DNA from: a virus
Lineage: Duplodnaviria > Caudoviricetes
Reading direction: 5' to 3' (one strand)
DNA length: 55,899 nucleotides
Virus record (IMG/VR): IMGVR_UViG_3300032053_000095
Coordinates: 1-55,899 of that record
Part shown: positions 9,849 through 19,797 of the stretch, piece after piece
How the letters are laid out: each line of letters starts with the position of its first letter
Numbering within the stretch: the stretch's first letter is position 1
The notes under the pieces: model-generated
Told to the model about the DNA's origin: nothing
The model's database searches: none
Seen by the model: the letters and a program-made list of their open reading frames with translations, nothing else
Made by a program: the position numbers and the translations under genes

Positions 9849-11284
9849 TAAATTTCCTCCTCAGTTTTATTTTCAACTTTCTTTGGTCTATTTTTATTCA
9901 CATATAAATCTCTTAATTTTTCATCAACCTGTTCCGTAACAACGGCAGTTAAATCTTCCTCTTTCATTTCCATCCCTATATTTGAAAGAACATATCTATA
10001 AACTTCTGTCGCTAAACTTAAACTTATCCATTTTTCTTCTACTGCTGTCATTAAAGAAGTAGTCAAATTCACAAGAGAACCCGTTACTATTTCAAGTTCT
10101 TTTTCTTCTATCTTAGGCAAATTAATATTTACCTTAGTATTTTTTTTATCTAAAGTTAATATGCCTTTCGCTATCGCAGAATGAATTGAAAACCTAAACA
10201 TATAAGCAAGCATCCATTTAAAATATTTTTGCCTTGTCTTTAATTGCTTTTTTGTAGGTAAATCCATCGATACCGCCGTCGCTCTTGTTAAACCTTCCCC
10301 ACCTGCAAACCAATGCGGAGGAAATCCACCACCTGCAAGAATATGATTAAGTAAAACTTTTGCTCCAACTGTTACATCTGCCGAACCTAAATCAGGAACA
10401 GTAAAAGATAGTTTAGTCATTTGATTATGTCCGAATACTTCCATAGCATTAGGAACGTTAAATTTTTTCACTATCTCTTTTATTTCCTTTTCATCTTTTC
10501 CTTCAATTAGTAAATCAATAATTACCCTAGTAAGTAAATCAGATCTCTCTCCTACGTTATAAAGAAAATTCTCATAACTATCTATCTGGTCTGCAAGAGT
10601 AAATAAATCACTTCTTCCTCTTGGCTGATTGCAAACATTATTCACTGAAAAATAAAAACATCCTCCTTCAAGCATTTCATTGTCTTCATTAAGATTTATG
10701 ATTTTTATTTCTTTCCCAGAAGGATATTTACTTGAAGTAAATTTTACTGCTGTTTTCTTTTTAACATTATCTGGGTCTGTTAAAACATCATTAATCAAAG
10801 TCGGATCAAGGTAAAGCAATCTAACTCTCCCTGTCCCCTCTCCTATTTTTACCGGATAACATTGTTCTCCGTAAATAGATAATTCTCTGATTTCTTGATA
10901 TTGTGCTAACTCCATTTGGTTTACTTCATCAAGCCAAAAATCATCTATAATATCTTTAACTTTCGGATCACTACAACTATATGTAATCCCATCTCCCACA
11001 ACAAAATCAGTATATCTTTCAACTATCCTATGTGCAAGTCCATTCTTATCATAAAGCCAAAAACAAATCCTTAGCATCTTAGATTGGTCTAAAGGTTTTA
11101 AATCTTTTATATCTCTACCTGTCAAACCTCTATAACCATAATCCTCATTACTCCCACCTTCATTTGCTTGATAAGAAATTGCTCCCTCTTTTAATTTTGC
11201 AGAAAACTGCTTTTTTATTCCATCTGAAATCTCGCTACCTAAAACTAAATCCATGAACATATTTCTTAAACGGTTTTCTCCCAT
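9848..11284 (-). CDS. Portal protein
   Basis: 478 aa after TerL; LSIYGE, PRGRSDL, GGFPPHW, TRATA motifs. Confidence 0.88.
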   Translation of the reverse strand: MGENRLRNMFMDLVLGSEISDGIKKQFSAKLKEGAISYQANEGGSNEDYGYRGLTGRDIKDLKPLDQSKMLRICFWLYDKNGLAHRIVERYTDFVVGDGITYSCSDPKVKDIIDDFWLDEVNQMELAQYQEIRELSIYGEQCYPVKIGEGTGRVRLLYLDPTLINDVLTDPDNVKKKTAVKFTSSKYPSGKEIKIINLNEDNEMLEGGCFYFSVNNVCNQPRGRSDLFTLADQIDSYENFLYNVGERSDLLTRVIIDLLIEGKDEKEIKEIVKKFNVPNAMEVFGHNQMTKLSFTVPDLGSADVTVGAKVLLNHILAGGGFPPHWFAGGEGLTRATAVSMDLPTKKQLKTRQKYFKWMLAYMFRFSIHSAIAKGILTLDKKNTKVNINLPKIEEKELEIVTGSLVNLTTSLMTAVEEKWISLSLATEVYRYVLSNIGMEMKEEDLTAVVTEQVDEKLRDLYVNKNRPKKVENKTEEEI

Positions 11285-13098
11285 ATTCTTCTCCTTTTTT
11301 GTAAAATATTTCTTCCATCTCTTTTCTCTGAATCTCCTCCGCTAGTTCCAAACCCTGCTGAAATTCCTGTATCTTTATTTTGGCAATTCCATAAAATCCC
11401 TGCAACTACATCTAAGCAATCCTTACTTCCTCCTTGTGGGTGATCAATTTTATCCCCCACCATTTCAAGTTCCTTAGATTCTTTCTCTAATATATTTATA
11501 CCTTTTTTGTCAAGAACAATCGGGCATCTTAATTTATCCTGATATATATTATCTTTATATAAATCATATTGTTCTTTCCTTACATAAAGAATATCAACCT
11601 TTCTACCAGTTTTTTTTATCGCTTGAGTTAAATCAGCAATAGCCCAAATATCATAAGTAAAACATTCAATATCAAATCCTAAATCATAAATTGATAAAAC
11701 AAATTTCTTCACTTCTTCAACATCAACCTCTCCGAGTTGTTGAGTCGGCAACATTCTATAAATAAAATCTATTATCTTTTTCTCTCCTTCCCTGTGCCCC
11801 ATTCCAATCCAATATGCATCATGATTCAAAGACGGATCACCATGCATAAAATATTTTTTACTAGGAATAGGTTTAAAGGTTTCAGTAAATCTTCCAAATT
11901 CATCTATCGGATTCTTATAACCATCATTATTTGATTTCTCAAACATCTCATCTATCTTGTGTGGCATCCTAAAAAATCTACCTTTAGTAAATCCTAATAC
12001 GCAAGCTTTATCCCTTAAAAATCCTTCCGGATCTTTATCAAATTCATTCTTATGTTCAATAGGTATTTTTAAATTATTAAATAAGAAAAAATCAGATTCT
12101 AATGAACCTTCCTGATACATTTTATATCGCTCCTGTTGCATCTCCCATTCAGGAAGCCAAAATCCAAGCATGGTTGGAATGTCTTTACTTTTCATATATA
12201 AATCAACCATGTTTCCTTTCTCATTCACTAAACTTGAAATTGATGCTATATGCCCATCCTCTCTGAACGGATCCGTTGAACGGTTAAGAACTTTATAAAC
12301 TTCATCACCAGAATATTTTCCACCCCTTGTTTTAAATCTATCAAGTTCATCAAGCCCTACAAATTTTATAAGTTTTCCTGCGAGGGAAGATGAATTTGAA
12401 TGCCCTGATTTTATAATCGTATTAGTATCATTAAATCTAAAACTACTTCCTACCTCATAAGGATTTCTTCTCTTAAAATAAGATGAACGCATTATTGATG
12501 CTTTTATTTCAGCGAAAATAGTATCCCTTGCCTGCTCTTTATCTGTCGCTACATTCATAATATACATTTCTTTCCCTGGCGTAAAATTATATTTCTCCCA
12601 AGCCCTACCCATACTATATAATAAATACTCCTCTATTTGAGCGAAGATTGCAATAAGGGTTGTTTTTCCACCTTTCATCCCAACTATCAAAACAAGTTCC
12701 CTATATTTCCTCCCTTCCTGCCAAGTAGTTTTCCCTTCCGTCTGCCATTTCCAGATAATATTATGTTCTTCTACATTAAATGGTAATCCATAAAATGCTT
12801 TGAGTATCAACCTTTGAACCTTATTAGGTTTAACTTGTAAATATCTATCAACAAATTCTATCGGATTTAAAGTTTTATCTATTCGGCTTTCTTTCTCTAA
12901 ATTCAAGGAAGGGTCATCATTTTGTTTCTGCTTTATCTCTTTATCTTTTATAGTTCCTTTTATCCTTACTATCTGCCGTTCTGACATATTAAACTTTTCC
13001 GCCATATCAGCAATTCCATAACCGGCTTCCGCCATCTCTTTAATCTTTCCTCTTATTCTATTTATCTGTTTAGTGGTATGCCTAATTCGTTTTCTCAT
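11266..13098 (-). CDS. Terminase large subunit with N-terminal HTH
   Basis: Walker A GMKGGKTT, Walker B VGLDE, RNase H-like HGDPS..D and DHPQGGSKD. Confidence 0.92.
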   Translation of the reverse strand: MRKRIRHTTKQINRIRGKIKEMAEAGYGIADMAEKFNMSERQIVRIKGTIKDKEIKQKQNDDPSLNLEKESRIDKTLNPIEFVDRYLQVKPNKVQRLILKAFYGLPFNVEEHNIIWKWQTEGKTTWQEGRKYRELVLIVGMKGGKTTLIAIFAQIEEYLLYSMGRAWEKYNFTPGKEMYIMNVATDKEQARDTIFAEIKASIMRSSYFKRRNPYEVGSSFRFNDTNTIIKSGHSNSSSLAGKLIKFVGLDELDRFKTRGGKYSGDEVYKVLNRSTDPFREDGHIASISSLVNEKGNMVDLYMKSKDIPTMLGFWLPEWEMQQERYKMYQEGSLESDFFLFNNLKIPIEHKNEFDKDPEGFLRDKACVLGFTKGRFFRMPHKIDEMFEKSNNDGYKNPIDEFGRFTETFKPIPSKKYFMHGDPSLNHDAYWIGMGHREGEKKIIDFIYRMLPTQQLGEVDVEEVKKFVLSIYDLGFDIECFTYDIWAIADLTQAIKKTGRKVDILYVRKEQYDLYKDNIYQDKLRCPIVLDKKGINILEKESKELEMVGDKIDHPQGGSKDCLDVVAGILWNCQNKDTGISAGFGTSGGDSEKRDGRNILQKRRRIWEKTV

Positions 13099-13367
13099 AG
13101 TTTTTTAAGTTTAATAAATTTTCCATTCTTAAATATATGAGCATAAAATTTATCTTTATTATCTACGACAATCTCTATGTCCTCCCTACTATTTTTCAAA
13201 CTTCCATTTCTCTCCAAAATTAATTCTCGTTCCTTACCCTCCATTATGCTTTTAGCAATCCGCAATCCGTTTACTACCCCACACGCATAACCCCTTTTTA
13301 TAAGTTTTAGCTTTTTAAAATTCCCTAGTAAGTTGTTAATCTTTTCTACCTTATCATTTAATTCCAT
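13095..13367 (-). CDS. Hypothetical protein
   Basis: Purine-rich SD; stop overlaps TerL start. Confidence 0.5.
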   Translation of the reverse strand: MELNDKVEKINNLLGNFKKLKLIKRGYACGVVNGLRIAKSIMEGKERELILERNGSLKNSREDIEIVVDNKDKFYAHIFKNGKFIKLKKL

Positions 13368-13885
13368 TTTCCCTCTCCCTAACTTTTATGTCTACCCCCT
13401 CCCACTCTCCACTAAACTTATATGACCTCCCGGGGGAAGAAAAGCAACTTTACTGTTTTCCAAAAATGATTCTTAACTTTGTTAACCTCTGGTTCCGATA
13501 AGAAATATTAAGTTAATCTAATTATGGATTGTAATGCATCTAAATCACTATTGTTACCTACGATTAATCTAAACAGAAATGTAACAGAAATATATATGGA
13601 AAGGATCAGTTTAAACGCATCCGTTGGAGAGAAAAAATAAATGCATTTAAAGTCATTTAAATTTATTGCTTTCTTGCTTTTCTTTCGGCTTCGCCGTGGG
13701 AAGGAAACGGAGGAAGGTATATATATATTATTATAAGGGGGTGGGATTGGGTTGAGTGATAGGTGAGAAGATGGCATAGGGTATATGTCCTTAATAGGTT
13801 CTAGCCCTATTTGCTAAGTGATTGAGAGTATCGTAATAACGTTTGGCATCTATTGTTCTTAGGGTAGAGTTAAGATTATATGACA

Positions 13886-14161
13886 TCATACTAAAGCACC
13901 TTGGTTATTCCTTCTTACTACCTCGCAATACTCTTGGATACTTAGTGCTCTGGCTCCTTTTCTTAGCGCCAGGATTCTCTTAGTTTTAGTAAGGTCATAA
14001 TGGTCATGGGAACAGCGATTTCCTTTCTGTTGGAACCATACCTTTTTCAGTCTTAGTTTATCAGCAAACTCGTGAAGTTCGGTAAGAGTATCAGCGGTGC
14101 AATGACACCAGTAGTTATATCCAAAAGCAGGGGAATAAAAGAGATCATCTACATATATCAT
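13886..14161 (-). CDS. DUF4031-family protein
   Basis: IYVDD..WCH..AD...ELHEFA..WFQ..HYDLT motif. Confidence 0.85.
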   Translation of the reverse strand: MIYVDDLFYSPAFGYNYWCHCTADTLTELHEFADKLRLKKVWFQQKGNRCSHDHYDLTKTKRILALRKGARALSIQEYCEVVRRNNQGALV

Positions 14162-14402
14162 TAGCCAAATTCCTTTTCATTTCCTTTAAGCAATTCCTTA
14201 AAGCATCAAACCTACAACAACCTCTGAATGACCCTCTATATCCTTCAGGGTCAATATATATGTAATAATCCTCATCTATCTTTCCTACCCGTTTCATAGA
14301 TATTTGATTCCATTTAATTTTCAATTCCATTTTTAATCTTCTTACTTCATGTTTACAAAGAGTATGATTCTGTTGAAAAGCATAAGCATTTTCTTTACTC
14401 AT
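14145..14402 (-). CDS. Hypothetical protein
   Basis: GAGG SD; overlaps the next gene. Confidence 0.5.
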   Translation of the reverse strand: MSKENAYAFQQNHTLCKHEVRRLKMELKIKWNQISMKRVGKIDEDYYIYIDPEGYRGSFRGCCRFDALRNCLKEMKRNLANDICR

Positions 14403-14432
14403 AGAACCTCAAATTGTTATAATTATTTAAAA

Positions 14433-14820
14433 TGGAGCTGTGGGGAATCGAACCCCAGTCCGAAAGAATTAAACCGTAACATCTACCAAGATAACCCGCT
14501 TAATGACCGGGTAGTCAAACCCTCTTACGAGGGTGAGGGTGAAAGGGTTATTAAAGGTATCCCTTTCATTTCCACCATCCTGTTCGCTCTAACGTATAAG
14601 CCCAGGAACAGGCAACGATGTTACTTATACGCTTTAAAGCAAACTACCTTGTTAGGCAGCCACCGGAACTTCTATCGGTGAAACTGCGTTTACAATCTCG
14701 TTTGCCCTGTCAAGTATATTCTTGGCAGTTACGTTGTGGTCGGATTTTTAGGTAGCCATCTGACCAACTACCCTTGGCAGTTACGAGTTCGCGTTCAATC
14801 GTCGAACCCTGTTCAGCCCC
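14433..14820 (-). ncRNA. ssrA: tmRNA, one-piece, ~388 nt
   Basis: 5' GGGGCTGAACAGGGTTCGAC; 3' GGACTGGGGTTCGATTCCCCACAGCTCCA (T arm, Ala acceptor with G3-U); pseudoknot 1; tag ORF 14726-14652; CCA not fully encoded. Confidence 0.95.
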
Positions 14821-14846
14821 ATTTATCAAAGAACAATAATTCCTAT

Positions 14847-15152
14847 TCAGATAACATTTAAAACCACGTCTATCGCTTTCACGAAGTCCTCTACCGTTTT
14901 AATCTTCACTATGTTCTTATCCATCAGAGCTTTCATTATCGCTATCGCTTGCTTGCCCTTATCTGGATTAAAAGTAGCGAATTGAATCGGCTGATAAACC
15001 GGCATATAGTATTGATACCACCAATCCCAACAATAACGGTAATTATCTAAATGGTAAGGTCCATCTCCAACTTGCATATTAGTATTATCTGACATCATAA
15101 TACTTCCATCAATTTGAACAAATGCATTTAAAGATTGTTGTAAATCATTCAT
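14847..15152 (-). CDS. Hypothetical protein with aromatic-rich segment
   Basis: GGAGG SD, co-oriented. Confidence 0.6.
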   Translation of the reverse strand: MNDLQQSLNAFVQIDGSIMMSDNTNMQVGDGPYHLDNYRYCWDWWYQYYMPVYQPIQFATFNPDKGKQAIAIMKALMDKNIVKIKTVEDFVKAIDVVLNVI

Positions 15153-15164
15153 CTCTTTTCCTCC

Positions 15165-15404
15165 CTAAGAAAGTTTAATGTTTTCCCATGGACTTAATCG
15201 TATAATATTTAAATTCGCATAACCATTTGAAATTTTAGGATCAACTAAATTATGGCAGAATTGAAGCGCGGGGTTAGAAAAACAACTATGCTCAACATAT
15301 TTATTCTTATTACAATCCCAATCTTGCCTACCCCATCCCATCTGGCAAGGAACTATTTGATGCATTGAAGTTTCACAATAACGTATCATCTTTTTATCTT
15401 CCAT
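15165..15404 (-). CDS. Hypothetical protein
   Basis: ORF directly after a promoter. Confidence 0.45.
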   Translation of the reverse strand: MEDKKMIRYCETSMHQIVPCQMGWGRQDWDCNKNKYVEHSCFSNPALQFCHNLVDPKISNGYANLNIIRLSPWENIKLS

Positions 15405-15411
15405 TGGTATA

Positions 15412-15440
15412 GTTATATATCAAATACTCTTAAAAGTCAA
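15412..15440 (-). promoter_or_regulatory. Sigma70-type promoter upstream of the tmRNA-containing unit
   Basis: TTGACT-N17-TATAAC. Confidence 0.7.
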
Positions 15441-16045
15441 GAGATTTTTATTTTTCTCGCTTCATAACATTCTCTACAAGGTAATACTTTCCACTTTCCG
15501 CAAACATCTGATTCCCTTAAACTCTTTTTAAATAAACTACAATATGGACGCAATAAATCTTTCGCTAAACTAAAAAATTTACATCCCTCCACATCATTTT
15601 CGCAACAATTCATAGGAACTTCTGTTTTAATTTCTATCTTACAAGCATTCATTGAATCCTCCTTATTCTTCAAACTCAAAATATATCGCTACCAACCTGC
15701 ATATCGGAAGTTTTTCATGAATATCTTCCACTTTTTTTCCATAATATCTACATGTATTTATATCAGGAGTGCATAAAGGACAATCCCTGCACATTTTTAT
15801 TAATTTACCTTCTTTTCTTTTTATAAGATAATCTCTCATTTTTCCCTACCTTCATATATATCCTCATTTTTCGTTTTATTCTTTTTAATTATACTAAATT
15901 TCATTTTTTTATATATCCATACATCACAAGCAGGTTTATTAGAATAAACATATAATATTTTATTAAGCATCGAAAAACATAATCTCTTGCTTGGTGAAAC
16001 TTCAAGGCAATTCCCACAAATTCTTTTGATTTCTTTTCTCATCAT
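15437..16045 (-). other. Small Cys-rich hypothetical ORFs (15437-15679, 15836-16045 and a shorter ORF between them)
   Basis: Abutting ORFs with CxxC motifs. Confidence 0.5.
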
Positions 16046-16227
16046 AATCCCTTTTTAATATCAACCCTTTTTTCTTCCAAATATTTAAATATCATTTCCC
16101 TAGTAAATCTTATCTGCCTTCCTATCTTTATATAAGGGATTTTATTTTCACTTACCATTTTATATATCTTACTTTCACTAATTCCTATAAGTTCTGAAAG
16201 TTCTTTTATAATCATTACTTCTTTCAT
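16042..16227 (-). CDS. Excisionase/AlpA-like HTH DNA-binding protein
   Basis: ELSELIGISESKIYKMV..KIPYIKIGRQIRF. Confidence 0.85.
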   Translation of the reverse strand: MKEVMIIKELSELIGISESKIYKMVSENKIPYIKIGRQIRFTREMIFKYLEEKRVDIKKGL

Positions 16228-16238
16228 CTTTTCCTCTA

Positions 16239-17356
16239 TTATTTTACCTTTGGATTATAATTCTTAAATTCTTTGGGTGCTTGAATATTAACTTCAATTC
16301 CATATAAAGGAAGTTGCATATTCCATATAGTCATACATTTTTTACAAATACATTTTAATTTAATTTTATTAGCAATTAATACTATCTCTCCCCCGCATTT
16401 CTTGTGTACTTGTTGATAATAACCATCACAATTAACTTTTTTTTTCATTTTACCTCCACTAATTTAACTTTTTTTTGTTCTCCAGGATTAAGATGAAAAT
16501 TCGCAATAGTAAAAAAATTATTATCATTTAAGCAAATCCATCCATGATTCGTAGACCAATATTCCCCGGTTCTATCTAATTTTAATTTTTTACTATCAAT
16601 ACAATAATAATTTGCTTTTAAACATCTTGCAATCCAAAATATTTTATTTTTCATTTTATCTCCCTTTTCTAAGTAATTGATATTCTCCACCATTATGACA
16701 ACTTGTTTTCCCTTTTCCTAAATCAAATTCATGAAACCCATTAGGCAATATCCCTTTATAAATTCCTGATTTTATTCCAAAAGAAAAACATTTCCTTCCG
16801 TCATATTTTCTATACCTTCTTCCGATAATCATTCCTATTCCATCCATTTTCTTTTTTTCATATCTTTTCATCCTACACCTTGATATATCCCCTTGCATAT
16901 CAATAAAATATAAATATCCTTTATCTTTCTTAATCCCACATCTTAAAATTTTTTCATTCATCTTTTTTTCTCCTTTTTATACTATTTCTACTTCAGGAAC
17001 GAAACACATAGTATCTCCGTTAACTCCTGATTTCAAATAAATATATCCACCAGATACCTTGATAACCCACATCTTACTATTACCAACATCCAATTCAACT
17101 CCTTCGTGAAAACTAAGATTCTGTAATTTAATATGGTCTTTCCTTTCCATTTTCCCTCCTATTCTGCTTCCTTTATACGACGAATAAAAGTTGCACCTCC
17201 GCAAAGATAACCAAAACGATTATCCGCGAACCCACTCCCTATTTGGTCAATAACAGCACACATTTCATTGTCTGTTATAAGAATTAAACAATTCCCTCTT
17301 TCATTAGAAAAGATACTTTCTACTTCCCATACTTCTCCTACTTTTGGTTGTTTCAT
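16239..17356 (-). other. Five small hypothetical ORFs (16239-16448, 16445-16693, 16656-16961, 16977-17204, 17159-17356)
   Basis: Tightly packed, co-oriented, with SD motifs. Confidence 0.55.
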
Positions 17357-18648
17357 TTTTCCTCCTTATTCTTTTCAACTTCTTTTACGAATTTTAAAAA
17401 CTTCTTTTCTGATAAATCCGCGAGTTTCCCCTCATAATCAAGTTCCTCTTTAACTTCTTTCAATAGTTTCGTTCCAAATTTTTCTTTCAGTTCCTCTAAT
17501 TTCGCAAGTTTTTCTTCCCTTGTGAGTTCTTTCTTTTCTTTATCTTTTTCTTTGTCTTTTTCTTTTTCCTTCTCTTTATCTATTTTTTCCTTATCTTCTG
17601 CTACCGTATCTTTTTCAACTTTTTCTTCTTTCGGATTTTCTATTACTTGTAATTTTTTAATGAATTCAGCCCATTGAGAATCATCAATTCCAAGAAGTTT
17701 AGATTCAATTTTAAGTTTAGTTTTCACTTCTTTTATTTTATCATTCCCGAATTTTTTTACCAATTCTTGTAATATATCTTTCCTTGATTTTTCCGCAGAA
17801 GGTTGTGGAGTATCTTTTACTTGTTTATTTTCAACCTTAAAAGCGGAAATATCAGATTCAACTTGCCCCTCCCCTGCAGGAGATTCATCAACTTCTTCGT
17901 AATAATAAACTCCTGATATAGCATCAGGTGCATATCTCCTCGCACACCTTGACATAGCACGCCACCAAAGCATATCAGAAGTATAATCCTTCCAAACCTT
18001 TTTACTCGTGAGAGGTTTATTACTTTCTCCGAATGTTATCGCATTCGCTTCTTGAATCGTAAAACTTGCTGTCCCTAATTTTTCTCCCTTCTTTCCGAAA
18101 ATAGTAATCGTCGCTATTTGATTGTTTGATTCTCCCCTAAAATCATATCCCCTATTCCTAATCAAAGCTGCCATCGCCTGCCCGTCTGTTGAAGGCGGTT
18201 TACCGGGAGTCATATATAAATGTATGAGCGAGTAGTATGGAGGAAAACCAAGTTCTTGCCCATATTGCGCCTTTGCCATCGCCTGTGCTATTGATTGTAG
18301 ATCTTTGAAATAACCGGAAGCGTAAAGGTACTTAACTGTTTTCTCCAATTCATCCAAATTAAATTCTTTCCTTACCATTACCGATTTATTCGTTTCAGGT
18401 AAAGCCAAAGCTCTCCCTGTCGCTACCTCTCCTACGATCACTTCCTCTTTCTTGATTTCCTCTTTAATAATTTTCTCTGCCATTACACCCTCCTTTTCCT
18501 TCTTATCAAAATTTAACATCTCATTCACTAATTCATTCCCAACACAATCTTGACATAATTCAGAATCTTCTTTCGCGTAAGCATTTAAAACTTGAATCCT
18601 TACTGCCGGAGATAATTGTAAATATTTCTCTTCAAATTCTTTTATCAT
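17353..18648 (-). CDS. Single-strand annealing recombinase (RecT/Redbeta-like) with charged C-terminal tail
   Basis: GQELGFPP, ASFTIQEA, WKDYTSDMLWWRAMSRCARRYAPDAISGVY..EE motifs. Confidence 0.75.
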   Translation of the reverse strand: MIKEFEEKYLQLSPAVRIQVLNAYAKEDSELCQDCVGNELVNEMLNFDKKEKEGVMAEKIIKEEIKKEEVIVGEVATGRALALPETNKSVMVRKEFNLDELEKTVKYLYASGYFKDLQSIAQAMAKAQYGQELGFPPYYSLIHLYMTPGKPPSTDGQAMAALIRNRGYDFRGESNNQIATITIFGKKGEKLGTASFTIQEANAITFGESNKPLTSKKVWKDYTSDMLWWRAMSRCARRYAPDAISGVYYYEEVDESPAGEGQVESDISAFKVENKQVKDTPQPSAEKSRKDILQELVKKFGNDKIKEVKTKLKIESKLLGIDDSQWAEFIKKLQVIENPKEEKVEKDTVAEDKEKIDKEKEKEKDKEKDKEKKELTREEKLAKLEELKEKFGTKLLKEVKEELDYEGKLADLSEKKFLKFVKEVEKNKEEK

Positions 18649-18793
18649 TTATTTTCTCCAATTGACATAAAAATTAATACATTAAAAATAAGAGAAAAAC
18701 CAAACTTTAAAACTTCCGTAATTTCAGTTGATTTAAACATCATCACTAAACAAAAAATACAAGATAAGAATAAAAGAGTTCCATTAAAAATTT

Positions 18794-19492
18794 TCATTTT
18801 AAAATCCTCTGCAAATTAGATTTCTGCTTAATCACTATTTTATTTTCAGTTAAAATCTTTATAAGTTCCAATATCTTTTCTTTTGAAGGTTCAGGCAAAT
18901 GACAACCCTTACTATCTGCTCCTATGTTTACGAAATCTGGATGAGCATCTACAATCCATACGGATAATACATCTATATTAAATTCCATTATCGGCTCAAT
19001 AGTAACAAAAGTTTTTACCCCTATACTTTTAAATTTCCTTATTCCTAAATATCTTTCACCAGGAGCGGGAGCAGAAGAAATTTCCGGGTAATAAATATCA
19101 GATTCTATCGTGGTTCCCATAATGAAATCTTTGGGAAAATAACTGCCTATCTCCCATAAATTAAAAGCCTTATTAGGATTCTTAGTTTGAAACACATAAG
19201 TATTATTCGGATATTCCTTACAATGAGATAAAATTTTCTGTATCCAAGAATATTTAATACTTTCAGCAAATAAATCATTCATATGTTCTATAAATATAGA
19301 TTTTCCGCTTCCATAATTTACGTTTAATTCATCTTCTTTTAATCTTGGCTCTCCCTTATATCTCGGACTAACTCCGAACCTATTTTTCTGAACGTAACAG
19401 TATTTACATTTATGTGAACATTCTCCTGCTAAATGGCTGTGAGTAGATGTTACCCAATCATACATATTCCCTGCTGATTTGTTTAACGGCAT
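18794..19492 (-). CDS. Radical SAM protein (DUF5131 / phage Gp37-Gp68-like)
   Basis: CSHKCKYC motif, MNDLF, FQTKNP, TIEP, IGADS. Confidence 0.85.
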   Translation of the reverse strand: MPLNKSAGNMYDWVTSTHSHLAGECSHKCKYCYVQKNRFGVSPRYKGEPRLKEDELNVNYGSGKSIFIEHMNDLFAESIKYSWIQKILSHCKEYPNNTYVFQTKNPNKAFNLWEIGSYFPKDFIMGTTIESDIYYPEISSAPAPGERYLGIRKFKSIGVKTFVTIEPIMEFNIDVLSVWIVDAHPDFVNIGADSKGCHLPEPSKEKILELIKILTENKIVIKQKSNLQRILK

Positions 19493-19797
19493 TTTATTTC
19501 CTCCTTTCTATAATATCCTTTCTTAGTATGAATTCTGGGATTCTGGAATATTTTTTCAAGATTTTTTAAATCTATATTCCTTCTATATAATTGAGTTTTA
19601 CCTTTGATTGGATGATTTATAGCAGTTGAAATTGTCATCGTAGTAGTATAAATATTTATTCTTTGATTTTCCTTTTTAAAAGATAACATATATAAGTTAG
19701 GTGTATATAATTTATTCCAACCATTATCTAATCCTATTTTAATAATTTCATTAATTACTTTAATTTGATTATCTGATAATTTTTCAAGCATTTTCAT
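19483..19797 (-). CDS. Conserved hypothetical phage protein
   Basis: RINIY..HP.KGKTQLYRR..IFQNPRIHT.KGY. Confidence 0.65.
   Translation of the reverse strand: MKMLEKLSDNQIKVINEIIKIGLDNGWNKLYTPNLYMLSFKKENQRINIYTTTMTISTAINHPIKGKTQLYRRNIDLKNLEKIFQNPRIHTKKGYYRKEEIKCR

Noticed and set aside
13508-13777. 89-aa minus-strand ORF as small terminase
   Set aside because: Atypical composition, no clear SD, overlaps low-complexity tracts
14433-14462. tRNA-Ala or attP fragment
   Set aside because: The T arm and acceptor pair with a 5' end ~390 nt away that encloses a tag ORF, so this is tmRNA; no integrase is present
14349-14681. 110-aa plus-strand ORF
   Set aside because: Antisense to the tmRNA and a minus-strand gene
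16042-16227. Xis-like gene as evidence of an integrating prophage
   Set aside because: No integrase, att sites or host flanks; such HTH proteins are common regulators
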